Source: a virus
Virus genome (UHGV): UHGV-0174779
Length of the DNA: 64,000 nt
Strand: one strand, 5' to 3'
The notes below the pieces were generated by a model, which was not told where the DNA came from, searched no databases, and worked only from the letters and a program-made list of their open reading frames with translations. Numbering within the stretch: position 1 is the first letter of the stretch; every line of letters begins with the position of its first letter. Made by a program: the position numbers and the translations under genes. Positions 46,907-57,843 of the stretch are shown here, piece after piece.

Positions 46907-49900
46907 CACTCCTTAGGTCGAACTCTTACACGGAGTCTCGATTGACGCTTACTGCGTTCAAGCTTCTCTGACAATGAGCCACGTTTAATCTTCGGCTTCC
47001 CTTCGTCATTAAACTTCTCCAAGAACTGTAAGTACTCAGTACGATTCGTTGTCTTGTAAGAAGGAATCTTAATATCAGGGTTCTCTTCAATCACGCGTCT
47101 CATCTTCGCTACATCATCCCTGCCAAGCAACTTACTCTTAGCCTGTTCAGCTGTAGAACCAAAGATCTTCTCCAGTGCTCTGGATTTGTTACCACCTGCG
47201 GAAGAAGCACCAAGTTTAGCAATGGCAGAATAATCATCAGCACTAAACCAAGCTACTGGATTATCACCATACTTCTTCTTGTTTTCAGCAGCAGTCTGCA
47301 ATGCACGTACAAAGCGACGGTTGTTACCAGCCTTGTCAGCACCATGAACCCTGTCTAAAACTTCAGCCACACTGACTAACTCATCTAAGCTCTTCCCATT
47401 TAAGAAAGCTTTCTCTGCTTTATCAGCAAAGGCTTCTTCCTGTTGTTTGATACTTTCCAAGATATCGGAACTTGCTTGAGATCTTTCATCGTCAGGCAGA
47501 GCAGAACGAACCTTCTCCATCTCCAACTCTTCCTCTTGCAGTTTCTTAATATCAGAGTCAACCTTCTGAGCCTCCTCAACAGCCTTCCTAGTATCCGCAT
47601 CCAAGTTATCAAGCTTACCTTCAGTATCTCCAGTAACCTTAACAATCTCTTTCTCGATAGGAGTCATTGATTCGTACTTCTTAGCAAACTTCTCAACATC
47701 AGCCTCGATACGAGAACGAGCATTCTGATGCTCAGTCGGAGTCATAGGCTTCTCAAGAAGTGCATAACGGTTATCCATATAGGAACCAGCAAATGCTTCA
47801 GCATCCTCTCTAGATATGCCCTTATCTTCCATAGTACGCATCAGGCGGCGATGAATATCATCACGTTGACGTTGTACTGCCATAAGATCATTCTCACGCT
47901 CTTGGGCCGCTTTAAGCTCTTCACTGCGCTTAACTCTCTTGTCCACATCAAACTTACGGTTCATTTCTTCCGCTTGCTCATACATCCTGTTCCACTTAGC
48001 CTGACGAGCATCTTCCTCTGCATCAGTTAAACGACGCTGACGATCAAGGTAATCTGACTCGGCGTTATGGATACGTTCAATGTAACTACGGAACTTCTCT
48101 GGAGGAACTGGAGAGTTCTTATCGTGGTGAGCAGCCAACTGTTTCAATGTACGAGATTCCTGAGCCTCACGAACAGGTTTAGGTAAACCTTCCATCATCT
48201 TCTCAATCTCACTCTTCTGAGCTGCAATAGCCTCTAGAGTTTTACGTTCATTCTCAACAGCAGCCTTAGCATCTGAACGAGCCTGAGCTTTGTTTTTCAG
48301 AGTAGCAAGACGTTCTTCACGAGCTTGTATGTGTTTAGCAAAAGCTTCGTACTGAGAGTTTTTGTTAGCTTTATTGAAGGCATTCACTTCTCTGTTATAG
48401 GTGTTAATAAACCCATCCCAAATATCCTTCATCTGACCAACTTCCAAAGCCTCCTCCCTACCAGCCTTCTCTGAAGATTTAAACTTCCCATCTACAAAGT
48501 CATTCATCAACTTACGCATAGCATCTTTCTGAGCAGGACGTAAAGGTTCTGAATCAATCAAAGCATCAATCTCAGACTGAAGCTCTTTCTTCTGGTCAAC
48601 CAGTTTAGGAGCATCTTTCCTATCAAAAGCTTTGTTCTCTTCTAGAGCTTGTTGATACAACCTATCAAACTCATCCTCACGCTGCTTCTGATACAATCTT
48701 TCAGCACGACGTTTCAGACTATCCAAGTTAGTCACGTTCCCACCTAAACCTTTCTCCTCAGCACGTAATGCCTTAGTAGCAATGTCTTCTGGTAGACCAC
48801 GTTCCTTAACCCATTCAGCAAAATTAGTTCGTACAGTGTTGTTCTTAGCAGTAGCAATACCTTGCTGAGAAGCTAGCTGGTTACGAGCCATTTCTTCATG
48901 ACGTTCAGTGTTGATAGCATTATCTTCCTGACGAATGCGACGCATCAATTCCTTAGGGTCACCTTTATAAGCCAAGAAGTTTTCAGCAGTAGCTTTAGCC
49001 TTAGCAGCTTTAGAGTACAGAGAACGAGCAAAACGTTCTGCACGATCTTTAGTAGCCTGACGAGCAGCACTAGACATAGCAGCTAAACGTTCTACACCAC
49101 TTGCCGGTTTAACGTCCTGTACAGCTTCCTTAGGAGCTTTAGGAGCACGGGCAGGTAATGGCTCAGCTTTGACTGTTGGTTCCTCTACAGTTGGTTCTGG
49201 AGCCTGTGCGGCCTCTTCTTGAGCACGACGTTGTTCTGCCTGTTTAACTGCGCGTCTTTGAGCAACTAAATCACGAGCCGTAAGAGGGGTTTCTTGAGGA
49301 GCAGAGGAAGGAAGATTTTCTTCCGTCACAGTACTAGAAGAAGGCTCCCGAACCGGTTCGGTTTCCACATCATTTTGAGTCTTAAATTTAATGTCATCAA
49401 CAACTGGTTCTTCTTCCATCTTAGCCCGAGCTTCATCAGCAGTAGATTTAGCACGAGCAACTTCCAAATCACCACGAGCTAAAGAGCGGATAGCTTCACT
49501 GTTAGATTCTTGTTGCTTAACACGTTGAGAGCGAGCACGCTGAGAAGAGAAGCGATTCAGAGCATATTTAGCAGCACCGAGAGTATTCATTACCAGACTA
49601 GGAGAAGAAGCCTCACGGAAGCCATCATCAGTCAGGGAAGTCCAGCCACGATCTTGGTTGCTCATGAACTTAGCCGTATTGTTCAGAGTGTAAGCATCTT
49701 GGATAGGATTAAAACCTTCAGGCATACCTTTCAGTTTCTTCAACCCACCGATAGCTTTCTTCATCTCTGGAGAAACATTATCAGCCATCTTCTGTAGTTC
49801 AGTAGCTTTCTCTACAAAGTTATTAAAATCTTCACCTTCACGAGCTTTGAATCGATTTGCTTCATTGTAGAAAGTCTTGTAAGCATCAATGAAATCACGG

Positions 49901-51213
49901 TCAGCTTGTGTACGATTCTTAATATCAATCGGACTACCAGTAAAATCACCAGAAGCTCGGAGAGAAGTTAATTCACGGTCTAGGTTATCTAGAACATCTG
50001 TAAGAGCTTTCGTGTTGTCTTTGGTGTAGTCAGCCATCGCATCCTTCATAGCAACAGCCTGTTTCTGGTTGTGCTCATTATCAGCGAAAGCTTTACCACG
50101 AGTCTTAGCAGGAGAAGCTAAAGGATTAAGGCCAGGAATATTGGAATGTTCTTTCTGAACAGAAGCAGCTTTCTCAGCACGAGCTTGGTCAGTATTAAGA
50201 ATACGCTGAGCAGCAGGAGAATCTACAGCAACAGCATCTGTAATACGGAATCCATTCTCATCCAGAAGATTCAGAGCAGAAGCAGCGTTAGCAGTTTCAG
50301 CTTTAGAGTAAGCTTCTTTCAATTCATCAATATTTTTAGCACTACGAATCAGTTCGTCATCAGCAGCAATATCAGTCTTCGCATACTCTGGAGTGTTCTT
50401 GAAGACAGCAGAATCCGGACGGCTAATCAAACCATGAACTCCACCAACTGCGCCACCAAATGCAGCACCCATAGCCCCTTCTTCTATAACACCTTCCAAT
50501 GTCTTAGCTAGATCATTGTCATCACCATATTTGTTCTGAACCTCAGCAGCACCAACAAGAGCACCACCTTTAGCACCAGCCACTGCGTTACTAGCAACGT
50601 TCTGACCGATACGACCAAGAGCTGATTCAGCTGTCCCAACAGCACCCGGAAGGATTCTTTGAGCTGCATAGTTAGCACCACCAACTAGGGCTGCATCTAG
50701 AACAGACTTATCTTCCCCCTCTTTAGGGGTTTGGTCTGCATATGCACGACCGGTCTCACGACCTGCAATGATAGCAGCGGCAGCTAATGGGTTAGCAACT
50801 GTCAGACCAATGTCGGCAACCACCCCAGCATACTGACCAGCAGACTTACCAATCCCATCCTCAATCTTATCCATACGTTCTTTCAAGAGGTTTTGAGCGT
50901 TCTCTTGCATACGCTTCCCGTAACCAGTTTGTGCTCCAGTTAGATCTTCACCAATCTCAACTAAGCCTCCAATACCTCTAGCAAGATTAGCAGAGATATT
51001 TGCACCACCAGATTGAAGAGCATTTGACACACCTTGAGCAAACTCACCTATAGCACCACGTTCTTCTTGTTGTGGTTGTGCTACTGGTTGTTCCTCAGGA
51101 ATAGAGCCACCTGCTGCCTTATATTGTTCTCTCATTTGAGCTTGACGCTCCGGAGAGGCATTCAGATACGCAGGAGCTTTGGAAGCTTCTTCCCACGGTT
51201 TAATGTTAGCCAT
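46906..51213 (-). CDS. large virion protein (1435 aa), glycine-rich hydrophobic N-terminal region plus long coiled coil; putative internal/ejection or tape-measure-like protein
   Basis: Start at ATG 51213 (MANIKPWEE) with AAGGAG RBS rather than track start 51258; composition typical of phage internal/ejection proteins. Confidence 0.7.
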   Translation of the reverse strand: MANIKPWEEASKAPAYLNASPERQAQMREQYKAAGGSIPEEQPVAQPQQEERGAIGEFAQGVSNALQSGGANISANLARGIGGLVEIGEDLTGAQTGYGKRMQENAQNLLKERMDKIEDGIGKSAGQYAGVVADIGLTVANPLAAAAIIAGRETGRAYADQTPKEGEDKSVLDAALVGGANYAAQRILPGAVGTAESALGRIGQNVASNAVAGAKGGALVGAAEVQNKYGDDNDLAKTLEGVIEEGAMGAAFGGAVGGVHGLISRPDSAVFKNTPEYAKTDIAADDELIRSAKNIDELKEAYSKAETANAASALNLLDENGFRITDAVAVDSPAAQRILNTDQARAEKAASVQKEHSNIPGLNPLASPAKTRGKAFADNEHNQKQAVAMKDAMADYTKDNTKALTDVLDNLDRELTSLRASGDFTGSPIDIKNRTQADRDFIDAYKTFYNEANRFKAREGEDFNNFVEKATELQKMADNVSPEMKKAIGGLKKLKGMPEGFNPIQDAYTLNNTAKFMSNQDRGWTSLTDDGFREASSPSLVMNTLGAAKYALNRFSSQRARSQRVKQQESNSEAIRSLARGDLEVARAKSTADEARAKMEEEPVVDDIKFKTQNDVETEPVREPSSSTVTEENLPSSAPQETPLTARDLVAQRRAVKQAEQRRAQEEAAQAPEPTVEEPTVKAEPLPARAPKAPKEAVQDVKPASGVERLAAMSSAARQATKDRAERFARSLYSKAAKAKATAENFLAYKGDPKELMRRIRQEDNAINTERHEEMARNQLASQQGIATAKNNTVRTNFAEWVKERGLPEDIATKALRAEEKGLGGNVTNLDSLKRRAERLYQKQREDEFDRLYQQALEENKAFDRKDAPKLVDQKKELQSEIDALIDSEPLRPAQKDAMRKLMNDFVDGKFKSSEKAGREEALEVGQMKDIWDGFINTYNREVNAFNKANKNSQYEAFAKHIQAREERLATLKNKAQARSDAKAAVENERKTLEAIAAQKSEIEKMMEGLPKPVREAQESRTLKQLAAHHDKNSPVPPEKFRSYIERIHNAESDYLDRQRRLTDAEEDARQAKWNRMYEQAEEMNRKFDVDKRVKRSEELKAAQERENDLMAVQRQRDDIHRRLMRTMEDKGISREDAEAFAGSYMDNRYALLEKPMTPTEHQNARSRIEADVEKFAKKYESMTPIEKEIVKVTGDTEGKLDNLDADTRKAVEEAQKVDSDIKKLQEEELEMEKVRSALPDDERSQASSDILESIKQQEEAFADKAEKAFLNGKSLDELVSVAEVLDRVHGADKAGNNRRFVRALQTAAENKKKYGDNPVAWFSADDYSAIAKLGASSAGGNKSRALEKIFGSTAEQAKSKLLGRDDVAKMRRVIEENPDIKIPSYKTTNRTEYLQFLEKFNDEGKPKIKRGSLSEKLERSKRQSRLRVRVRPKE

Positions 51214-51251
51214 AACGTCTCCTTTTATAAATAAAAATGTCCTACCCCCTA

Positions 51252-51260
51252 TATACATTA
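51252..51260 (-). promoter_or_regulatory. TAATGTATA element (minus strand), candidate late promoter for the 1435-aa gene
   Basis: Exact 9-mer on minus strand about 40 nt upstream of ATG 51213, within a hairpin-forming segment. Confidence 0.4.
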
Positions 51261-51280
51261 TAGAAGGCAGGACTTAGGTC

Positions 51281-52930
51281 TTATTGCGTGAACCAGCTAG
51301 TGTCTTCGACAGCTGATAAAGCACCATTAAGCTTAGGGTTGGTTGCTGCACCCCCAACAGATTCTTCCGCTTGCTCAGAGAAAACACCTAGAGGGTCATA
51401 GAAACCACCAGAAGGAATTGCACGGTTAACCAATGCAGTAGCTCTCTTCTTATCCATACCAGAACCGATGTAAGCTTCAATTGTCGCTTTCTTAGCATCA
51501 GCAACACCTTTCATTGCAGAGGTGTGACCAACGTTAGCTTGCTTACGAGCATAAGAAAGAGCAGCATCAGTAGGACGCCATCCAGACTTCAGTGCAAACT
51601 TGTTGCCAACACGAATGAAGATTGATGGGTCTTCTGCAAAGTGCCCCAAGTCTTCTTCGGTAAGAGAACGAGTAGCACCAATTTCAGCCCTTGCGGAGTT
51701 CATGATAGCCTGCATGTAAGCAGAACGAGCTGTCTGATAGTCTTTATCCTTAACAGCCTTGTCAGCCAAATCCAAGTCTTTGTTGGACTGGTTAAACAGA
51801 CCACCTTTCTCTGCCCACTGCTTAGCAACTGTACCCTCAGCTGTGTTCTGAGCAAGACGAACTTCTTTCGGGTTAAAGTTAAAACTCTGAGCAGCTTGTT
51901 CAGCACGTTCAGCCTTAACCTTATCACGGAAGCCAATCAACTCTTTCTGACGTTCAAAGTTCATGTTAGCTCTTTCTTCAGCGGCACGACGAGTCTCATC
52001 AGCACGCTCACGCATAGTCTGCTCTTGAATCTGTTGACGTCTATCCCATTCAGCATTCTGACGTTCTTCACGAGCAGCATACAATGCTTCTTTCTGAGCA
52101 GGGTCTACAGCTTTCATCTTCAGCAGTGATGGGTCTCCGTTAGCAATAGCAGCTGCGATTGAGTCTTGAGAGAAGCCTTGTTCAATCAAAGCATCACGGT
52201 TAGCTTCCAGTTGCTTCTTAGTCTCGTCTTGGTTAGCCATACCTTGACCAATCTGGAAAGCTTCGATAGGAGACTTACCTGACATGATTGAAAGACCAAC
52301 ACCCATCAAACCTGTATAGAAACTAGAGTTCTGATAGAATGGCTCTTTCTGTAGCTTGTTCCAAGCTTCTGAAGGGTCTTTAGCTTTCGCAACTTGCAAG
52401 ATATCATTGTTAACACGCTCTTGATCTTTAGCACGAGTAGCAGCAGCCATTCCATCACCAGTGTCTTGTCCTTGAGCAAGAGTGTTAATCACACCTTGTG
52501 CCTGTTCCACCTGAGAAGGAGTAAACTCCATAGGACCAGCTTCTAGCGGTTTAGTAGGAGGCGTTACCGGAAGAGGTTCTGATTCTTGAGGAATAGAAGA
52601 AGGAGAAAGTCCAGCAGCTTGCATGGTTTCTTGGTTCTCAAACTCAGGAAGAGTTACAGCCTGTTGTGCTTGAGGTTGTACATCATTCGGAATATCAGAA
52701 GGAAGCCCGTTACTCTGAACAGGATTCAACATATTCTGATAGTCGACTGAAGTCTGACCTACAAGAGAAGAAAGTCCAGCAGGTATAGCAGGTCGTTGAT
52801 ACATAGAAATATCTGCTGTCTGAGTAGGTCTCGCCATATAAGGAGAGGCCGAAGCCGCTCCCGGATTAACACCATAGAAAGTATTTCTCGGGTCACGACT
52901 TCTGACCTGAGCGTAAGTTGTCTGTTGCAT
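51281..52930 (-). CDS. virion structural protein (549 aa)
   Basis: ORF in structural block; coiled-coil segments. Confidence 0.6.
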   Translation of the reverse strand: MQQTTYAQVRSRDPRNTFYGVNPGAASASPYMARPTQTADISMYQRPAIPAGLSSLVGQTSVDYQNMLNPVQSNGLPSDIPNDVQPQAQQAVTLPEFENQETMQAAGLSPSSIPQESEPLPVTPPTKPLEAGPMEFTPSQVEQAQGVINTLAQGQDTGDGMAAATRAKDQERVNNDILQVAKAKDPSEAWNKLQKEPFYQNSSFYTGLMGVGLSIMSGKSPIEAFQIGQGMANQDETKKQLEANRDALIEQGFSQDSIAAAIANGDPSLLKMKAVDPAQKEALYAAREERQNAEWDRRQQIQEQTMRERADETRRAAEERANMNFERQKELIGFRDKVKAERAEQAAQSFNFNPKEVRLAQNTAEGTVAKQWAEKGGLFNQSNKDLDLADKAVKDKDYQTARSAYMQAIMNSARAEIGATRSLTEEDLGHFAEDPSIFIRVGNKFALKSGWRPTDAALSYARKQANVGHTSAMKGVADAKKATIEAYIGSGMDKKRATALVNRAIPSGGFYDPLGVFSEQAEESVGGAATNPKLNGALSAVEDTSWFTQ

Positions 52931-52943
52931 ATTTGTCTCCTAA

Positions 52944-53912
52944 TTAAGTACTAGCCAACCCACCGATCACGCCCCCAGCTAATGCACCCCAAGGTCCAAA
53001 GGAAGAACCTGCTGCTGCACCACTCATAGCTCCACCAAGGAAACCACCTTTGCCACCAGATGTTTTAGTAGTTGTAGTTTGTCCGAGAGCACCGTTAAGT
53101 ACACCTGCTGCACCGAGTTGGTTGTTGATATCTTGCCATCCCCAATTAGCTGCGTTCTGAGCATTCTGGTAGGCATTATCATATTCATTCTGTTGTTGCT
53201 GTTGTTGCTGCAACCCTGCATTCCATTGATTCATCATTTGCTGTTGAGACAAATTAGCACCTTGCTGACCTAAGTTAGAAAGATTAGAACCGATAGTAGA
53301 AAGACCTGAGAGAGCAGCTGCCTGATTCTGTCTGTTACCAGAGAGGATACTTTCAGCCTGATTGATAGCAGAGTTATAGGCACTGTTGGTAATATCTGTT
53401 GCTTGCCCTTGCATCTGATTCAGAGCATCACCTTGGGCAAAAGATTTAGCCATACGAGCACCTGAGCCTTGCTGACCAGCATACTGTTGAGCTAACTGAG
53501 GAAGAGCATTACGTGCTAGATTCTGTTGAACCTGTTCATTATTAGCTGTAATGGCTGCTTGCACAGCGTCATCATCATACAGTTGACCAGCGAGAGCACC
53601 AATCTGTTCTCCAGTAATCCCACCTTGTCCAGAGAGGCTCTGATAACCTTTATAGGCATTATCTAGGTATCCTAACCCTTGACCTGCTGCATCCATATAT
53701 TGCTGTGAGAGAGTTCCTAGAGCGCCAGATTGTGCCAAGTTATTAAGAGCTTCTGTCTGGTTGTTATTAAACCCTACATTGTCACGATAAACATAATCCC
53801 CTGAACTAGTATTACCAATCTGTTGGTTAAGCTGGTCAATATACTGTTGAATGTATTCAGGGCGAATCATTTGGGAAGTAGTTTTACTACCCCCGCCTCC
53901 GAAAAGTCCCAT
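52944..53912 (-). CDS. Q/N/G-rich virion protein (322 aa), paralog of 53925-54977
   Basis: Low-complexity Q/N-rich sequence, similar N-terminus (MGLFGGGGSKTTS) and Gly-rich hydrophobic C-terminus. Confidence 0.6.
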   Translation of the reverse strand: MGLFGGGGSKTTSQMIRPEYIQQYIDQLNQQIGNTSSGDYVYRDNVGFNNNQTEALNNLAQSGALGTLSQQYMDAAGQGLGYLDNAYKGYQSLSGQGGITGEQIGALAGQLYDDDAVQAAITANNEQVQQNLARNALPQLAQQYAGQQGSGARMAKSFAQGDALNQMQGQATDITNSAYNSAINQAESILSGNRQNQAAALSGLSTIGSNLSNLGQQGANLSQQQMMNQWNAGLQQQQQQQNEYDNAYQNAQNAANWGWQDINNQLGAAGVLNGALGQTTTTKTSGGKGGFLGGAMSGAAAGSSFGPWGALAGGVIGGLAST

Positions 53913-53924
53913 ATCAAATCTCCT

Positions 53925-54977
53925 TTAGTTTGCTCCGAATGCCCCTAAGACACCACCTAAGATATTACTACCTGCTGTGGATAACCAGTTAGACTGACCT
54001 CTCTGTTGAGAAAGATTAGAACCTCCAATCATAGGACCAGCCATTCCAGATTGCCCACCTGAGTTGTTATAGGAACTCCAAGCATTCTGAGTCTGTTGAT
54101 TAGGAGAGAAAGCACCCATACGCCCTGCAATACCTAATCCAGTGATACCAGCACCTAGGAGCTGTTGTCCAGTGTTAACCCCCGGAGCAGCATTCTTAAT
54201 CGTGTACCCAGCCATTGGGCTTACACTGTTTAATACATTAAGCTGGTTGTTAAGCTGATTCCACCCATACTGCTGAGAACCAATAGCGTTCTGCCAATTA
54301 ATATCAGCTTGAGCTTGGGCTTGTTGCTGTTGTAGATTACCAGCCATGAGTTGATTCTGAATAGCCTGTTGAGTTGCCTGAACACCTTGGGCACCAAGAT
54401 TGAGGTTCTGTCCAGCTAAACCAGACTGAGCACCAAGCAAACCTCTCTGGAAGTTCTGATCTTGTTGAAGAGCACTTACACCCATGTTCTTGCCACTGAT
54501 AGTACGAGACAGGTTAGTGTTAGCACCATTCAAAGCAGCCCCTTGAGCCGCAGCCCTACGGAGGGAGCCGGAGTCAGAGCCATTGCCAAGAGAGACATTA
54601 GAAGCTGCTTTGCTAGTAGCTTGTGCAAGAGCCGAATTATTCAAACCTTTACTAAAGTTATTAACCCCTTCAGCCGTTACTCCACCACCATTAACAATAT
54701 TCTGATACTGTTGAGCAAGAGCGTTTAATTGGTCCAACCCTTGCTGTGTACGAGGTGTGTACATATCAGCCAATTGCTTCTGAGTAGTAGAAGCTGCTAA
54801 GTTGTTCAGAGCACCCTGTTGGTTGCCATTAAACCCAGCCAGCTGTTGGGAGATGAATCCCGGATCGTTGTTCTGCATATTCTGAGCATTAGCAACAATC
54901 TGCTTCAGCAGGGCATCAACCTGAGAGGAAGGGGCTACTGTGGTTTTGCTAGAAGCTGATTTTCCAAATAAAGACAT
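53925..54977 (-). CDS. Q/N/G-rich virion protein (350 aa), paralog of 52944-53912
   Basis: MSLFGKSASSKTT N-terminus, Q/N-rich body, Gly-rich C-terminus. Confidence 0.6.
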   Translation of the reverse strand: MSLFGKSASSKTTVAPSSQVDALLKQIVANAQNMQNNDPGFISQQLAGFNGNQQGALNNLAASTTQKQLADMYTPRTQQGLDQLNALAQQYQNIVNGGGVTAEGVNNFSKGLNNSALAQATSKAASNVSLGNGSDSGSLRRAAAQGAALNGANTNLSRTISGKNMGVSALQQDQNFQRGLLGAQSGLAGQNLNLGAQGVQATQQAIQNQLMAGNLQQQQAQAQADINWQNAIGSQQYGWNQLNNQLNVLNSVSPMAGYTIKNAAPGVNTGQQLLGAGITGLGIAGRMGAFSPNQQTQNAWSSYNNSGGQSGMAGPMIGGSNLSQQRGQSNWLSTAGSNILGGVLGAFGAN

Positions 54978-54996
54978 AAGTCCTCCTTAAAGATTA

Positions 54997-55779
54997 TTAC
55001 TTTACACCAATGCTAGCCAAACGTCTGAGCACTGCCTGTGTTTGTGGACTGTACTGAGAACCTGCTGCATGTGGTGCACTTGCCCTCTGAACTGTTTGAG
55101 AAGTAGGAGGTTTACCTGCAAGCATAGCAGCTACTCCTAATACTGCATTACCAAAGTTCTGTTGAGGCTTCTGATCTTCTCCATCTTGCACTTCATCAGA
55201 GTAAAACTCTACCGGATTGCCACCTAAAACACCAGTCTTAGAAGCAGCAATTTCTGCCTGAGTCGGAGCTTGTGCGGCCTTCTCTCTATCTAACAAGTCA
55301 GGACTAAACTGATTAACTGGTTGAACAGCTTGCAAAGCTCCAACAGGGTTAGCAATCTGAGAAGCTGCATCACCATAGAAAGGAAGAAAGTGTTTATTGT
55401 TCATAGAGTCAAGAGCTTGTGGAGTAAACCCTCTTTTACCAGCGAACATTTGCTTAGCACCACCGATACCTTCCGAGTAACCAACCATTGCTTTCTTAAC
55501 ATCGCCATTAAAAGCTTTTAAGTTATCTCTGATATAACGAGCACCCATGTCAATATTCTTTGCTGGGTCCAGTCTATCTTCCAGTTTGTATCCATAGTCT
55601 TTAGCCAACCCCTTACTAATCTGCATTAAACCTACAGGACCAGTTCCAGAAGCCACCGTAGGACGACCACTAGACTCTCTTTGGATTACAGCATGAATCA
55701 AAGCAGCAGGAATCCCATACTTCTTTGAAGCCTGTTGAACCATTGGGTCTAGTTCTTCAATACCCATCTTAATTGCCAT
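54997..55779 (-). CDS. lytic transglycosylase (SLT-domain) virion protein
   Basis: IQRESSGRP...GPVGLMQI motif of SLT domain. Confidence 0.7.
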   Translation of the reverse strand: MAIKMGIEELDPMVQQASKKYGIPAALIHAVIQRESSGRPTVASGTGPVGLMQISKGLAKDYGYKLEDRLDPAKNIDMGARYIRDNLKAFNGDVKKAMVGYSEGIGGAKQMFAGKRGFTPQALDSMNNKHFLPFYGDAASQIANPVGALQAVQPVNQFSPDLLDREKAAQAPTQAEIAASKTGVLGGNPVEFYSDEVQDGEDQKPQQNFGNAVLGVAAMLAGKPPTSQTVQRASAPHAAGSQYSPQTQAVLRRLASIGVK

Positions 55780-55791
55780 AATATCTCCTTG

Positions 55792-56823
55792 TTATAGTCC
55801 AGCAAAAACCTTAGCTGCATTTATTACAGGAACCGATAAATTAACTACAGTGTCAGCTCCTAGGTCGTAATTTTGATCCCACTGAAACAGATACCTTCCA
55901 TAGCCAGTTCCTATCGCAGAACCACTCATGGTGTGAGATCTCATTTGCTGATATCTCCATCCACTGCCTTGGCCTTTTATTGCACCTATTCCAGAGGTAA
56001 GAGGTATCATGGGGTATGACATTCCAGTGTTACCACCTCCTGAGCCTATAAAAGTATCCACAGTGAAAGGTGTTCTGTTAGTAGAGAAGACACATTGTGT
56101 GGTACCCGGAGAGTAGATATTCAAACCTCCATTATGTTCCGGAACCCCTGCCCCATTGCAGAATACTGCAACTCTAGCAAACACTGAACCACCCTCATTA
56201 GTGTTGCCGTTTACGTAAGGTCTGTTCTGGTAGACACGAATAACTCTGTCATCAGATGTGTAAGACAGGCCAAGACCTCCATCAGACCAGTTAGCGAACA
56301 CAACAGCGTTTGCCATATTGAACCCACCGATATTTGGTATCTGAAGGGCATTGTTTATGACCCCCTGCCAAGCCCAAATACATTGACCAACAACTCCAGC
56401 ATCTGATATGGAAAAATAGTCTGCTGTATTTGAGAAAGTGATTCCGTAATTCCTATCAGCTCTAGGCCAAATTTGATAAACGTTGAACCCACAATCAAAC
56501 AGGGGGTTACTGCCAGGATTCTGGTTCAGAGTAACCCTAAAAGATGAGGCATTTTCTACATAGATGTTATTTACACAATAAACATCAGGGACTAAGTTAG
56601 GAGGGACTTCCCATTGCCAGCACAGAGAACCAGTGGGGACAATAATTATCTGACCACTACCATCCCATCCACTAATAGGGAAAGATCTCCCAGCTCCATT
56701 AAAGTTAAAACTCCCTCTTATACTATTCTTGAACTGAGGGAAAGTACTTCCGCTATCAATAAATAAGGGAGCAGGGGTTGCTGGCCCCGGCCCTACTGGT
56801 TGTGCCCATATTCCATATGCCAT
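55792..56823 (-). CDS. tail protein (343 aa)
   Basis: ORF in tail block, G/N/S-rich beta-rich composition. Confidence 0.55.
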   Translation of the reverse strand: MAYGIWAQPVGPGPATPAPLFIDSGSTFPQFKNSIRGSFNFNGAGRSFPISGWDGSGQIIIVPTGSLCWQWEVPPNLVPDVYCVNNIYVENASSFRVTLNQNPGSNPLFDCGFNVYQIWPRADRNYGITFSNTADYFSISDAGVVGQCIWAWQGVINNALQIPNIGGFNMANAVVFANWSDGGLGLSYTSDDRVIRVYQNRPYVNGNTNEGGSVFARVAVFCNGAGVPEHNGGLNIYSPGTTQCVFSTNRTPFTVDTFIGSGGGNTGMSYPMIPLTSGIGAIKGQGSGWRYQQMRSHTMSGSAIGTGYGRYLFQWDQNYDLGADTVVNLSVPVINAAKVFAGL

Positions 56824-56824
56824 A

Positions 56825-57793
56825 TTACCAACTCCCTATTCTAATTCTCAGAGCACCACTTCCATCGTAGAAGTCTATTCTGTTTCCATTCATCCACAAC
56901 TGTGCCCCACCTGTACCACCCATAACAAAATCACCACCAACGGTGAATCTCCAGTTAGTCCCTGACATTGTACCGGCTGTTATTTTATCCGCTGATAGAC
57001 TTTGGATCTGAGCGTTGGTTATTGATACATTAGTAATCTGTCCCCACTCAATAGTCGCAGTTGCAATTTGAGCAGAGGTGATAACTACGTTAGTAATGTC
57101 AGCAAACTCCATAACAGCCCTACCGTTCTCAACCTTGAATGGTGTACTTCCTGATGTGCCATCAGATACCACAAACTTATCAGCTGTTACTTGGAATTGG
57201 CTTATAGATCCATTGTTTGTTAACTTTACCCCTGCTGTCTTACCATTTACTGTGGAATTAACACCCCAAGTAGCTTCATACTCAGTTAGTTTCATATACT
57301 GAGAAGCACTACCTGTCCCATTCGTTAAATCAGATTGAATAAGGGCAATCTCTTGTCCTTGATCATTGACGATACCTTCAACAGTTTGAATAGATGCCGT
57401 ATTGCCTTCTATTGAAGTCTTAATACCAGACATAGTTGAATCCAATTTGACAGGAGGGCTAACCGAATTATCCCAAATATCATCGGTGGATAGATTACCC
57501 ATTTGTGTTATGATATCTGCAATGGCAGTCTCAATCTCTGTCGTAACACGGTTCTCTAGTTCATCGAATTGCAAATTCATAGCATGAAGGGCTTTAATAC
57601 GAACATCAATCTCCTCATGGATTTCATCTATAGCTTGGAACATTTGATTAGTTGCAGTACTAATATTCTGGAGTTCATCATATATTGCAACGTTATTAGT
57701 TTCTACACTCTCAGAGGTGTTTAGAAAGCCCACACTATAAGGTTGTGTTGTGTTGTTTCTTCCGGTATTCTTACGAAAGCCACCAGCACCCAT
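56825..57793 (-). CDS. tail fiber-like protein (322 aa)
   Basis: RBS TAAGGAGG; T/S/G-rich. Confidence 0.55.
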   Translation of the reverse strand: MGAGGFRKNTGRNNTTQPYSVGFLNTSESVETNNVAIYDELQNISTATNQMFQAIDEIHEEIDVRIKALHAMNLQFDELENRVTTEIETAIADIITQMGNLSTDDIWDNSVSPPVKLDSTMSGIKTSIEGNTASIQTVEGIVNDQGQEIALIQSDLTNGTGSASQYMKLTEYEATWGVNSTVNGKTAGVKLTNNGSISQFQVTADKFVVSDGTSGSTPFKVENGRAVMEFADITNVVITSAQIATATIEWGQITNVSITNAQIQSLSADKITAGTMSGTNWRFTVGGDFVMGGTGGAQLWMNGNRIDFYDGSGALRIRIGSW

Positions 57794-57807
57794 AGAACCT
57801 CCTTACA

Positions 57808-57840
57808 ATAAACAAGAAAAGGGAGCACGAAGCTCCCTTG
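57808..57840 (-). terminator. hairpin (AAGGGAGC-ACGA-GCTCCCTT) plus T-run inside tail operon
   Basis: Perfect 8-bp stem followed on minus strand by TTCTTGTTTATT. Confidence 0.5.
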
Positions 57841-57843
57841 TTA

